Made by a program: the position numbers and the translations under genes
The notes under the pieces: generated by a model
Database searches by the model: none
What the model saw: the letters and a program-made list of their open reading frames with translations, nothing else
What the model was told of the DNA's origin: nothing
Shown: piece after piece, positions 12,775 to 25,700 of the stretch
How positions within the stretch are numbered: position 1 is the stretch's first letter
Layout: each line of letters opens with the position of its first letter
NCBI GenBank assembly: GCA_036172245.1
Contig: JAYWIR010000002.1
Coordinates: forward strand, 5,828,001 to 5,892,000
Length of the DNA: 64,000 bases
Source: Raillietiella orientalis
Taxonomy: Eukaryota
Reading direction: 5' to 3'

Positions 12775-15189
12775 AGACTATGTTCCCACCCTCCTGTCTT
12801 TTTTTTCACTTATTTATTGCCCCCTCTCTCCATTCCCCACTCCCTTAGAAGCCGGCCTGCGTGCCGGTGATCATCCTCAATAAAGCTCCTCTTTTTCTTT
12901 GGCATCTCCTGCATCCAGGAGACGCCATTCCTCTCTGACTTGTGGTTTTTTTTTCTTTTAAATCTATCAGTGTCACCGGGTCAAAATCTTGCCTCGAGAG
13001 CGGCAAATCCATCCCTCGAAGCTGGTGCCCATGCAGCCGCGAACGTACCTACCGACAAAAAATGATGCCCATTGATCTGGAGCGAACATCCGGCTCCTCA
13101 ACTGGATTTCACGCCTCCAGCAAACGGCTCCGGGCTGGCCGAGCCATCTAGCGCGAATGTTCCTGCTTCCCGTCAGCGCATGCGAGCGTGCCGGAATGAA
13201 GAAAAGAATACCTGCCGGTGCATACCTAGGCAGTGACAGGATTCCCCGTAACGGAAATTAAATCTCTGGACGAATGCCTCGTTCATCACTAGCAGCTGTC
13301 GGCGCTCACCATCTCTGTTCCAGCTGTCTCCCGCTCGAGAGCACGCTGCCAAGGTTTCGGAACGATGCGACCGCTCGTTGTCATGGCATCAAATCGCGCG
13401 CAGCTTCATGAGGCAGTCCTCCCGCCCTACCTTCCAATAACGCTTCCGGCAGTGGTGCTTGCACGCCCGGTTACAAGGAATAGGCTATTCGTATGCTTGT
13501 ATATTCGGGTTGGGTGCTCGGGTCACCACAAGGAGACTCCGCTGCAAACGTAAGGGTTCACCGGGCTGGCTGAGAGGATGGGGCCGGACAGAACAGTCTG
13601 TTCACCGTGGCGAAGAATGAGGTGCACCCACCGTATGACTTCCTAGGAATCACGTGGGCTTGATGGGTGCCGTGCCAAAATTCCGAGGTGCAGTTCAACG
13701 CGTGTCTTTTGGTCGAGAGCGGGATTGCAGCGGTCAAGGCAACGACCATCTCCCTTCCAAGTCATTCAGATAACCATCTGGTCATCCTCTCTCTTGGGGT
13801 GGAACGGAACACTGCAATTCCTTCACTTGCACACTTCCTACCACACCATGTAGGAAGAAGGGTCCAAGTGAAGGCTCCAGTAGTGGCATTTTTGCGGCGC
13901 AGGCTGAAACCGAGCCTCTCAACACGCCCCGCGGGCGAGAAGAGTGTTTCCACCCCCTCTCGAAGCTCCTTCTTGAAAATGGTACATGACTGCAGTAGCG
14001 ATCTTCCTTGCATGGCAATTCGGATTCGAGAAGTCATTCATTTTTTCCATCTGCTCTGTAAGCTCTCTGGAGCACAAGTCTGTTTTCTTTTCTTCTTATT
14101 CTTCCTTTTTTTCCCAAAAGGTATTGTTTAGGTAGCTAAGGAGAGTGAAAATTCGATGAATTCTTTCGAGAGGCCGAGAGGTAAGCAAATCTCGAGGAGA
14201 CGGATCGAACGTCCACTGTTTGTGGTACAATGATGAGCATGCTACCCCGCTTCTTGAATTAATCATAGCGTGTACTTGCAGAGCAAACAGACGGGACTGA
14301 CTTTGCAGCTCCGCAGCCCACAGCAGCAAAGGTTTGAAAATCAAAGTGGCCTCGCGGATTTGTAATTTCCCTGGAATGATGCGGGGAGAAGGAGGTCCCG
14401 CGCTGCGGCCCAAGTGTTGCTTGGAACACAAATATCTCGTTGCGACGATGCCGATGATGCCACAGGACGGCTTTCATCCCGTAAATAGGAAAGCAGGTCA
14501 CCCCCTCGGCACAGCGGGCAGCGTGGTGGTCCCATCGGCGTTTTCAGTCTCGTAGCTGTTGAAACGCAGCAGCAGCTGGTTTCGTGCGAATTCCGAAACC
14601 CGCGACGAGTACGGTGAACTAGAACCATCTATCGGACTCTCAAGAAACTATTGTTCATTTCTTATTTGGCGTCTCGGGCACAGCGTGCAGGGAGGCGCTT
14701 CGTCAAGGGTTCAAGATGCAGGCAAAAGATGTCCCAGAGTTTGCAAAGACTCGGCTTGCAACTGATTTTTTTTTTTAAAAGCCCCATTCCCGGTCGTTTC
14801 TAGTCCCTCTTGAAATCTGCAGATAGGGTCTTGAAGGTCAATCACCGTTAAGCACAAAATTTAAGAAACAGAGAATGACCAAGCATTCTAGTTATTGGAA
14901 GGCCATCGCTGCAAAAGGAGAAATTTTTAAATCGCATGCCACAATTTTCGGATGCCTTCTCCTTGGCTTTCCTGTTTTCAATGAACCCTCAAATACTGCG
15001 AGAGAAGTTCTTCCTTAACAACAAGCATCGGCATCTGCTTTCATTTCTTTTTCCGTGTTCAGTGTGCCTTTCAAAACACCAAAGTAGGGTTCATTTCTGG
15101 TACAATGCCTTTGGACCATGGCCTTCTAGCTTTGGAATCGTGCTCCCGTAGATGATGGGAATCCTTTTGGGTCTGTCTTCGCTGTTTTT

Positions 15190-16170
15190 TCCCTCTCAGC
15201 ATTTTTTTTTTTCAGGTTTCTCAGGTTTTCTTTTTTTTGGTTCGCTACGTACCTCATGAGCCGGTCGTGTGCCTCGCGGCGCAGGGGCTCTTTAACACTG
15301 TTCCACGCCACCTGCGGAAGGTGAATGTTATTCTTCAAGATAGGGGGATACTCCGGAAGGGGATCCGCCCTATGGATCCAGGAAAGCTCGGAGTCCGTTC
15401 CTCTCACGATTGGGGAGGGGGATGGCACCCTGGTTGTCTCCGAAGGGGAACCCAGAACGGAATCTCCTTCCTCATTCTCTCCGGAGGGACATCCTCCTAA
15501 TGGGGAGGGTGGTCTTCTCCATTTCATCTTCTCCGAAGGGAACCTGGAAAGGATCCGCTAGTAGGAATTTTTTTCTCCGGAGGGAAACCACAAGGGAACC
15601 GCTCCTGTTCACTCCTCTGAAGAGAACCCCGAAGGGACTCTTCCGAAACTCAGAAGGGGCACTGCAGCTTCCCGCAGGGGAATCGCTCTCGCTTGCTTCC
15701 TCGCACTCTTCTGGAGAGGCGACGACTCGGAGAGTTCCCCCACAACAGGGGGGAGTCCGCTCCTTTAAACAACTGGAAAGGTGCCTGTGAAGGCTCCTAC
15801 TCCATCTTGAATCAGAGGGATCCCTCCGGTGGGGGGAGTCCGCTCTCCGTTGTACGACCGGAGGGGGAACTCCCCACTCCTTTATTCCTGGAAGGACCCG
15901 AAGGTCGACTTCCATTGTTCCGGCCTTCATCGGGGGCCTCCGTGCTTAATCCACCGCCGGAGCCACGCCCGAATGTCTCGGCCAACCAGCGCCATTGCAT
16001 GAGAAACTCGGACCCAAGGACGCAGTGGCGTCAGTTTCTGCCGGAGTATTCGAACCTGCGACGCATGGTGCCACGCGCGGAGGCCTTAACCACAGAGCCT
16101 CCGACGGGGGCTTTCAGTGCATATATTCCTATCGTACTCTTCGACGCCACCTCAGTCCAGCAGCCACTGT
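15190..16170 (-). mobile_element. Retropepsin plus conserved tail, copy C
   Basis: Minus strand WLLD*GG (~16150-16167) and CVLGSEFLMQWRWLA (~15980-16023). Tail SETTRVPSP..SWIHR..SVKE..ANQK is in ORF 15126..15527. Confidence 0.7.
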
Positions 16171-17399
16171 AAACCACTCAAAATCACGAGTAACCTAAGT
16201 CTGTCTTTTGTGGTTCATCCTCGATTGAATAAAGAGGAAGGAATTTCACTGTACTCTGTTTCTTAGAAGTCTCTTGGCACTTCAAGAAATACCGCCTCCA
16301 GATTGGAATGACAATTTGTAAATCAGCAAGACGGGAGCAGATCCGGCTCGCACTTCGATGGAGAGAACAGAGCGCGTCTTATCTGCTATGACGCGCGTGG
16401 TGGGCAAGACGTTCCCAAGAGAAGAGCGGAGCTGGTCCTTTCCGGAAGCAGCACCGCGCACTTTCTCTGGGTGATTCAACTCCTTCATCGAGAGCTTTTG
16501 CATTCGCGGCCTCCCTCCTTCGGATCAAAAGTGCTCTTCTTCTGGAGTTTGCCAATTCCTGGATCTTTCATCTCAGTGGACAGAATTACTGATGAACGGA
16601 AAACTGCGACCTCCTTCAAGGCGCTTTAAAGGGGAAGAGCCACATGAAATGCGAGTTGCCAAGCATTTCGGCTTAGGACGGGCATTTCGATTGGGCCATC
16701 GAAGCGAACGAAGCGGACGGACGGATGGACGAACTGCTCAGCGCGAACGAATGGATCGCGGAGAGCAGCCTTGCGATGTAACTGAAACAAATAAGAAAAT
16801 GAAGGTCATGAGGTCAGGCGTTCCCCGTGGATGTACTTGTTCTGCTGAGAGATTCCATAGCTGTTTACATTATGGATTCGCAGCTTCCATTCTCATTTTC
16901 CGGTACAGCCGACTCCCGTACGACTCAGATCCGCAGAGTGCGACGGAAAAATGGCGACAGTCCGCGTAGAACGTGGGAAACCTCGTTTGTGGAAAAATTC
17001 GAATTTTGTGGCACAGCGCCAGTTCGACCGTTTTCGAAGAGGGGCGTGAGCGCATGATTCAAGTAGACGGGGCCCCATTCCAATTTCCATGCATAAAGTA
17101 GAATGCTGGAATTTTCATTTTCATAAAATATCTCAAGAGGGCTCATTCTCAACAACGAGAACGGTGGAGCTGAAGGATCTCGGATTCATTGAGCGTCAAG
17201 AAAACTCAAAAAACTTCTTTCTTTTTTGCTTTACTTTAAGTTGAGCAATCAGAATATATGCCTTCTTCATTTATTTATTTAAATGAATATTTGTTCATCT
17301 TAAGATACATTTCATATCTTTAATAAATCTATACACAACCGTCAGGGTTATATCACCACCTCAGTTACGCGGGAGGCCACCGGTCTTTCAAAAGATGGC

Positions 17400-19300
17400 A
17401 TCAGTGATCCCACAACTTCCACTTTGGGGGTACCGACTCAAATGTTTTGCCTGCTCTGTTCGAGAAAGGCTCCACACAAAAGGAGGAGCAAAAAGGAGCC
17501 ATTTCAATGCCTGCTGAAAACGTAGCTGGCTCAAAAGCTGTACGAAGTTGCGCTGCAAGGCAAATCCACTGTCCAGTGTGGATCACGGCCCAGGATTTCT
17601 GTAGGGAGATGCTCTTCTGGAATTAAATCGGTCAACAGGAATGAATTCTTCCTCACCGTTGGCTTGTTGTCAGCTGATTCAAAAGGAAATTCGGAACTCT
17701 TAAGCTGATGTCACGGAAGATTTCAGTGGTCACGGAAGGTTTCATTGGAATATCATAGACACTCTTCATCCATCAGCTGCAACTAAATCATGGTGCAAAA
17801 TCGGGAAATAATGCAAAATGTCGTGGCCTATTTGCGAGGAAGTGATTTGTGGCTCACAGCCACTCACACGCTTTCGGAAACGCCGCAACAGCAAATGGAA
17901 CCACGGAAGTGATGCCCGCTTCCTTGAAACCATTCTCATCCTCCTCCTTGCAGAAGTCTGATCAAGGGCGAGTGCTGCTACTTTCAGTTCTTTACTAAAA
18001 ATTCATCACATCTGTCGAGCCCACCTGAGCATAGTAACGCTGGGCGCACCTATTCCAAAACACCAATGAGGCTCCTTAATCTGCTGCTAAGTGAGATCGA
18101 GATTGCATCTGATGCTCAGCATAGGCAATGATTCAGCCACCACGATCTTGTAAACGAGTCGAATGGGTTCACGGGAGGAGAATTATTGTAACCTTCTTTT
18201 ACACAGCAACGGCAATAACGGCTGCTAATGAAACAGCTTGCTTACTTGCTCCCAAATTGAGGCTGTTGCAGTTCAGCGGCGATGGGATGAAAGAGCAAAC
18301 AGATACGTAGGAAGGGACGGGCGAAAAGAAATTGAGTGCAAGGGAATTGACCTTCATAGATTTCTGGTCAGCAAAAACACTTCTGCTTTTTGCTCGTACG
18401 AGTCACCCCAAATTTGCGATTCGGGTTAGGCAGTGGGGCGTCTGAAGTAGAAAACTAGGCTCGTCTCACCTTACCAAGTCCTATTGCAGTGTGGTAGCAA
18501 GAAGCTGCAGAAAGGATGATGAAACTTTCTGTAGGAGCGAGAGGATTCTCAGATGAGAAATAAACGTGCACGTCTTTTGTTAGAGCCCTTATGAGCAAAT
18601 GACAGCTTCCATAGGATGAGCGAGGAAATGAACGGCTTCTGCAGATCGATGAATGAACTGATCACAGCGCCTTCAAATAAAATTGCTCGATTCTGGCGGT
18701 TACTTTTCCCAGCTTTCCCGTGGGAAGGAATCAAATGCCTGGACATTAGATGCGGCCTCCGAGATGTCGGGTTTTGCCTCTCATGGCTCGAGTCTGGAGT
18801 GCGAATTCGGCTGATGACAATGATTATCCAGTTTGCAGACTGAGTTGCTTTGCCGGAGATCACATAAGGAGCTTCCGAGCATTGAGGATGCTTCTGAAAT
18901 GAAAGTTCTTCCCCCTGTCCTTCCTGTCTGGAACATCGAATCATTTCCGGGATCCCAGGATCCAAGCAGATTGAATGAAGGCGTCCCTGAATCCTTGTTT
19001 GCCCCCGAGAGTAAGAAGTCTGGTCGAGGCACGTTCTAGCCTCTGCGTCCTAGCCTCGGAATTTTGCAGAAGCAGAAACGAAGTCCTCTGTGCTGGTGGA
19101 GGTGGCTCTGTGGAATTCCAAAGCCGCGCAGCACTTGAGTGCAGAGTGTTTCCGAATAAAAATGCTCCAGAGGGACCGTTTAGAGGGAAAGTTTATCAGC
19201 TGGATAAATAATGCTTCGTTCATTCGATGTAACGCCGAGAATTTCACATGGGAAGGGTTTGAACAGTTGGTACAGTGAAATGCTGGATTACTCGTTCTGC
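17400..19300 (+). pseudogene. Endogenous viral element: connector/methyltransferase region of Mononegavirales-like L
   Basis: ORF 18616..18843 reads IARFWRLLF...KCLDIRCGLRDVG (W...decayed G-x-G-x-G). This is followed by ELPS...VLPPVLP (18833..19039) and FRIKML (19090..19278), in the expected MTase motif order. The left boundary is uncertain. Confidence 0.55.
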
Positions 19301-20214
19301 AGCAAGCGGTACTGCCTTTCTGATGAGCACCAAGTAAATTGTAAGATTTTGAAGAACTTGGAGTTGAAATGATCTCGCGTCGGAACGTGGTCGATCACGT
19401 GGTCTGCCCAAAGACGTACGTCCTATTCTCTCAGGTTGAATGGATCGAAGACGTAGATGCTGATGTAACAAAGGGAGTCAACTCCACGCCATGGAGCGAC
19501 CTCATGGGTTACTTTTTTCCATGGGACTAAAAGCAAAGCTGGAGCATACGGGAATGCATCGGATCGCCTTGCAAAGGCCAGATCGAGCAAAAAAGCGAAG
19601 GAAGCTCTGCATTCGGAAGTGTGAAGTCTGCAAAAGCAGATGACGAAGCTGTCTGTAGGATTCACTTCTCAGGTTACACGGCAGCTCTGTCAATGATATC
19701 TTGCTCTGGCGTCTTATAGACGCCTGCAATCCGGAGCTTATTTTTCCACACAGCAGTGGCACGATCTGCTTTCAGACAAAGTGACCGGGCGCTCTGAATG
19801 ACTTGCCCTGATCTGAACTTATCCTGAAGGACTCTGGGAATCCGTGCCTCGTTAAAACGAAGTTTCGCTGTTTGAAGAGTGACTTTCATGCTGAACGAAT
19901 TTTCTAGAATGCTTCTCGTGTTCGTCCTTTGTACCGTTTTGTCTCTCAAAGCGAACGGAAAACGCCCCATCAACCCCAATCATCGTGGGTTCGAAACTTG
20001 CGTCCAGATTCGGAGAAGGAAGCATACTGGCGGGCTGCAAGAGAGACCATCCAGTGCAGTGGGCGGCAGCGTCCACAGCCGCTTCGGCCAAATCCACCGG
20101 AAATGGATGCCTGACGAAGCGGTTCATTTGAAAAATACTGGAAAAAAAATAGTAATCTGAGTGCGCGCAGCGATGCAAATCTGGGGATAGCCCTAAGAGT
20201 TCTTACTGAATACT

Positions 20215-20655
20215 CTCAACCCACCCTCACCCACGCTCACTACACATCCATCAACACGATAATCATACGTACCTAATGAAAATCATCTGAGCTACAGAAC
20301 GCACCGCACCATTACCCATACTTGCTATTCCTTACCCACTCACTCGTCAATACCCCATACATGCTCCCTCTTTAATAACATACAAATAACATCAATCCCA
20401 TTATGGCCTTCATCAGCCCCCAATCTCTGGGATAAATAACTCATATTCCCACTATCACTTCCAACATAATTACAGGACCCAACTTGTAACGCATCTTATT
20501 GCTGTCTACCCATTCATAATACCCCCTAGCTAACAACTTTAACCCATCACTTATAGGCTGTAGTGCACCTATCCCCACTTCATTTGGTCCCTAACGCCGT
20601 TGCAACCCCCCTGTAATTTTACGTTTAGCCAAAGTTCCATAAGACATACTCACCG
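20215..20655 (-). pseudogene. nad1: NUMT: mitochondrial NADH dehydrogenase subunit 1 fragment
   Basis: Minus strand translates TLAKRKITGGLQRR*GPNEVG-GALQP-SDGLKLL (ND1 signature TLxERKxLGxxQxRKGPNxVG..LQPxxDGxKL), then WV[AGG]NSKY and GAVRSVAQMI. Strongly G/T-skewed, with an in-frame TAG and frameshifts. Confidence 0.92.
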
Positions 20656-20699
20656 CCAGCGCATTTCACCAGTTCTTCTCAGGTAAACAATTTTCCAGC

Positions 20700-21750
20700 T
20701 TCCTAACCCTTTTTCTCTGAAAAGATGGAAGCCGATGTGGCTGGCTTGAGCCAACCTCAACCCAAACCATGTAGACCAGGCTCAACAATTCGCGCTTTCG
20801 TTTTCCAAGTCAGAAATCCCAGCTGGTTGTCTTTTCGGCGTGCATGCTGCATTCCGGAAGCTGCTTTAGGAAGGCAACAAATGACGCCATTTTGGGTACG
20901 TGATTAGTTCATGATTAGTTGCTCGTTTTGGCTCTGACCAAACACAATGAATCTGAGAAACAAGGACGAAACTTTTTCCGTTATCTGATGACTGTGCACT
21001 CGGACTGAAGTTTGGGGATTGGAAAGCTGGTTCGGCAGCCATTTTTGAAGTAGCATTTCGAAGCATCTACACCATCCAGCCCTTGCAGTTTCGTCTGTTT
21101 TTCTCTTCTGCCCCAAAGCAACGGCCTTGAATGAAAAAGAGGGAGAGAGAGACTTATACAGTCGGTGGATCGCTGGCCTTCAGCCATCTGCTATTGAGAG
21201 CAGATCGTACTGAGAGCATCGTTTGAAGATGGAAGCATTAGGTAACAGTATCTGATGTAAGCTGACGCGGAGGATGGTGCTAGTTGAAGGTTATCAGGAT
21301 TCATGTTCAAGACACCAATATTCTTCTTCGAAAAAAAAAGAAAAGAAATTGTTGAAATGAAATGGTGTACCAGGAGAATTGTGCTGCTTTTTCTCTTAAG
21401 CAGGACAGAGACCCTTGTTTCATGGTAGCAACTCTTCTACAGTGGAGTTTTTCTTTCTTTTGAAAATATTTAGCAGTTCTTCGGAAATCATGCAGATCCC
21501 GAGAAACAGGTAGGCGGCATAGATTCAGGCTAAGGGAAGAGTGGGATGGAGTTTCCGATTCCACGTCAGGGAGTATCCTCAAGATGAGACCATGTGTGAC
21601 GTAAATCCTCAGCCCTGAGTACCAGTGGGCATCGTCCCCAAACAAATCAGCTGAATTCGGGAAGATCCGAGCCCATAATTGGAACTCGTTCACCCCAAGA
21701 GGTGCGGACGCGAACTGGGTGCTGATGTCGAGAAAAATGCCGAAAGGATG
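20700..21750 (+). pseudogene. Endogenous viral element: L protein conserved region IV to start of V
   Basis: MEADVAGLSQPQPKPCRPGSTIRAFV (L-x-E-D-P-x-x-L-x-x-P...I-R-x-x-V-like), FEASTP (~21057), and RLREEW...CVT*ILSPEYQ (~21525-21625; L-R-x-x-S-W...G-V-T-x-P-x-P-x-E-like). Confidence 0.45.
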
Positions 21751-22999
21751 CACAGTCCCAGGAGAGCTCCTCAGACGAGAAGCGACTTCAATTTATGCCA
21801 TACGAATGTTAATAGTGGGGATGGTTCTGCGACCCTAATCGTCAATTTAATGATGCATACGTTCCTCATCGGTCATGCAAATTTAATAAGAGGAGCATCC
21901 GAATCCCAAGGAATATGCAAATCGAGTGGTGCAGGTCATCATGTGAGTAAATTATGCAAAGTCTCATGCACCGAAATTCTCACAATAAAATCGATAATGA
22001 GAAAGCAGTCAATGCGGAGACTCGCTGACATCTTCGGTAGAAGAGGGCAGACGCGAGTCCTGTTTAGATCGGAAGTGCGGTCAAAGATGCCCACAGTCCA
22101 TGTAAGAAGAAAAAGAAGGAAAAGAAGTGCTCTCGGGAACCGTGGATGCCTTCATCTAGGAAAGGACCTGACTTTGGTTGCGTGCCGGGAGTGAGTGATG
22201 CGTGCTGGGACACGGGATGAGAATTATTCATCACCAGCTACAGAAGCCGGAGTGGGGTGAATTCGTGAATTGGCGCTACCATTAATTTAACATGAAAACA
22301 GCAAGTAACTCATAAATTAGATTGCGCAAGAAGAGGACGCTGCATTCTTCCGCCAGGAATAAGAACCCAATCAGCAGCTGAGGAAGGGAGAGGAAAAAAA
22401 CCCTCGAGCGCTTCTCAAATTAACGAAGATTGTGCAACCGTTCCATTTAGATCCAAAAGAGATGATCTTCATATCCGCAGATCCTACAAAAATTGACCAC
22501 GTTTGCCCGTTGGTGGAGTGGCGGCTGAAGGGAGCCACTGAGGCCCGTGCTGATCTTGCTCTAAACGTCAGCGTATGCTATCATCCTTTCTGCCAGAGGT
22601 CCGTCCGGACATTCGGTCAGGACGTGCGTTTTTGTTCAAGAAACCGGGTTCCAAGAGAACCACGAGGGTTGAAGACAGGAGTAAGCTGTCCCGGAATCGC
22701 ATGGCCACATCGCCGGCAACCGCAGGCACCACTGCTGCTTGCCGAAAGAGGAAACGGAGTGGGGCTGTCGTCTTTTTTTTTTTTTACCTCCAGCCACCGA
22801 AGTGAACGTGAAAGATGAAGGTTCGAGTCGGAAGAATCTTCTCAGTTAAGGCTGTCCGTGGCTCTGGACATCTGTCGTGACTTCTTTCTCCGGAAAGAAG
22901 TCACGACTCGAGCATGGTGGATGACCGGTTTTGGTCTCGAATAAGATGAAGCAACGAGATGAAAGGGGCAAACGGAAGTCCATAACCCACCCCTCAGTT

Positions 23000-23500
23000 T
23001 TCCATCCAGCGTTTCTTCTCTTCCTTTCCTGTTTTTGGTTCGCTGATTGCTGAAGAACCGTCTGCTCCCCCTCTTCCTTAGGGGAAGGCCCACGACGTTC
23101 TTTGACACTGTCCGCTCCACCCGAGGATGGTGTCAATGGGAACCGCGAAGGAACCACCCTATGAATCCAGGAAGGCTCCAAAGGAAGAATTCTATTCCTC
23201 TCTCGCTTGAGAGGGAACCACCGCCCTGGTTGTCTTCGAAGGGAATCCCCAAGTTAACCATGCCTTGTTTCCTCCTCTGCTTAACAGAATCCCGGAGGGA
23301 CGCTCCCCAATTTCTCTGAGGGGCACTCCCTGAAGGGAGCAACAGCGTTCCTCTTGACTCTGGAGAAGCAACAACCCGAGGGAGGTTTTCAAACAGCTCC
23401 ATAGCACTCGATAAGTAATCCCTTCCAAGTAAGGGGGATATCTCCATTTTCACAACAGGAGGGAAGAATCCGGGGAAGAATCCCCAATCTCTCTCGACAT
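23000..23500 (-). mobile_element. Tail of gag-protease element, copy D
   Basis: Shares atgaatccaggaag...ttcctctc...gagggaacc...ctggttgtc..cgaaggga with 15372-15452 and 26381-26469. Peptide SWIHR..DSVKE..ANQK. Confidence 0.75.
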
Positions 23501-23929
23501 CAGCACCACTGCGAGCAGAATTTGCTTCTCGATCGCTCTTGTGCACGAAGGTCACCTGCAATTTCCGCTTCCCTGCCTTCCCTGAGGTTACCATCCCTGA
23601 GAAGAATAGGTTCCTCAACGTGCCAATCTCTTGAGCTTCTCAATGGTAGTAGACTTTTCGGTTCCCTTCATGAAAAAAGATCGAGCGTCCTTCCATGAAT
23701 CCACCCGATAGAACCGCATTGGTCGTCCCCCTATTAACCTTCACCTCTTCTTTTTTCCTCCTCCGTTGATTGTTGCCTGCATCAGGTGAGGACGCAATGC
23801 CCCCTACCGAAGTGAGACGTCATCCCTGCCGGATCCACTTGCTTTCATCCCGGTTTTTTTTCGGATGGGCTGCAAGCTGTAGGAATCAACAACATGCAGT
23901 GGTTCTTCTTCTTTCGATAGCCGCGGCCC

Positions 23930-24730
23930 ATTATTTGGTGGAGTAGTATCTCACCATGGCCTTCCTCTGGAAGCGAAAAGCTGTTCCTGAGGATGCAGCC
24001 TCTGATTTGCACCTAGCAGCCGATGCCACAGGGCCGCCAAAGCGAGAATTCGGTTCCACATGGCTAAGAAGACAAGAGGCACTTGCAGCAACCACAGCTG
24101 GTCGGCAGGATTTCAACATCGTTCAGTCTGCCGCCGCTCCAGTTGCGAATTCGGGTTTTAGGAAAGTGCAATCCAGTGTTGCGTACCAGGTTTGAGTTTG
24201 AAGCTCTCTGGCTGCACAGCGAAGAGATCACGGTGCCTCCCAGACTTCTGTAAGAGATCCCAGCTCAGTGCTGCTTCTTCTGCGGAACTATTGTAGTTCG
24301 AAACTGCTTAGAAGAAGGTCAGAATGATCAGGAACGCCATGCAAGTGGTAACTTGTTGTTTCGAAGATAACAAAGGGGTAGCCACAGGTGATGGGACCCA
24401 AAGAGGAGCCTGTCAGCTTCCCTCAGAGGGCTTCGGGGACGCGTATGGAGGCAGCTGTGATCCCTTCCCTAGCCTCTCTTTCACACGTAAACGGACTGCT
24501 TCTATTCAAGTCTTTTTTCGCTGTCTTTTTCGCACTCCCCGGGATAGTTTTCAGGATTCTCAAGAATGCACTGTGGGCCCCAGTTTCACTATGGACTAAT
24601 AGTGCCTGTGTGTGTGTGGCTGCTTCTTTGCAAGTCTTCCTTCACGATAAAGGACTCCACGTCACCAGCTGCAAACAAAGCGCAAGCTTCCAGGGATGGG
24701 AGCACACAATCCAGGACGCCCCTCATACGT
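23930..24730 (+). pseudogene. Possible nucleoprotein-like viral fragment
   Basis: STWLRRQEAL and LSHVNGLLLFKSFF loosely resemble mononegaviral N helical segments. Weak evidence. Confidence 0.22.
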
Positions 24731-24989
24731 GACGAGAAACGAACGACGGAACCACTGAGGACCAGCTGACAGCGGTGTCCTCAGCGCCTTCTGGCTTCAT
24801 GTGAGCCTCGAACTGACGCCGACGGCACCTTCATTCCGCAATGCAGGCAATCGAGGAAAACGGTTCAGCGGTTCAGGCGTTTTCGGCGTTACCCGGAGAT
24901 GCGCAGGCCATCGGATCTTCTCGGACGGTACGGTTGCGTTTGCTGGGGACATGCGTGAAGGCTGCACTCTCGTCGATGGTTGCCGAAGA

Positions 24990-25700
24990 CTTTTAGATGG
25001 CCAGGTTTTTTGCCTCGTCACTCTCTTTCTCATCGCCTTCGTTGGAACAGAGAACTTCCAGACTGCCACATGGACTCTGAAACAGAGATGGAGTGGGAAA
25101 CTGCAGAGAGGAAACAACCACTCTCCTGAGCAGCTGGAAATGCAGGGTGGGTACCCATGCTTCCACTGACAGTTTTCTCGAGTGACAAGGGTTCGCTTCA
25201 CCTACTGAAAGCTTCTGAAGATCTTCTCCAGATACTGAAAGCAGGAGGCTGCCAAAGTGAAGCACATCCTGGCATCATGAAACGCATTGCTTCCTACAGC
25301 AGCGAGACGTCATCCCTGCCGAAACCGTATTCACTCGCGTGAATCCGGCAGAGAGTGGAGCCAGGAACATGGCCTCAGTCCCTGGAGCCACGTTCCAATC
25401 CCATGTTGGAGTTTCTCAGCATTTCTGGATGCTCACAGTGACCTGGTATTCGGAAGTATCAGTAAGATCAGTGCATCTCTTGAGCTTTGCAGAACAGCAC
25501 CGTCATCATCTTGGCAAGAGCTGAATTCAGACTGTTTCCGACGAGAAGGCCTAGTGTATCCATTCTTCGGAATTCTTTTTTGGGGAAGGACTGTTCTCTG
25601 AATTGCAGCCAGATTAAGCTGCCAAAGGTCATCGAGTTGCCTGACCCTGTATCGGAAATGTCTTGACTCTTGAAACAGCCTATTTGCTTGCCACGTGGCG
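24990..25700 (+). pseudogene. Possible nucleoprotein-like viral fragment
   Basis: CLVTLFLIAFVG...WTLKQRW, and later LVYPFFGIL/GKDCSLNCSQIKLPKV, resembling the P-Y/F-x-G-x-L...P-x-L core of N. Confidence 0.32.

Noticed and set aside
13520..13750. Positive-strand RdRp motifs B/C (RKSYGGCTSFF..CGDP)
   Set aside because: The match is too loose and needs frame changes, so it is left unassigned.
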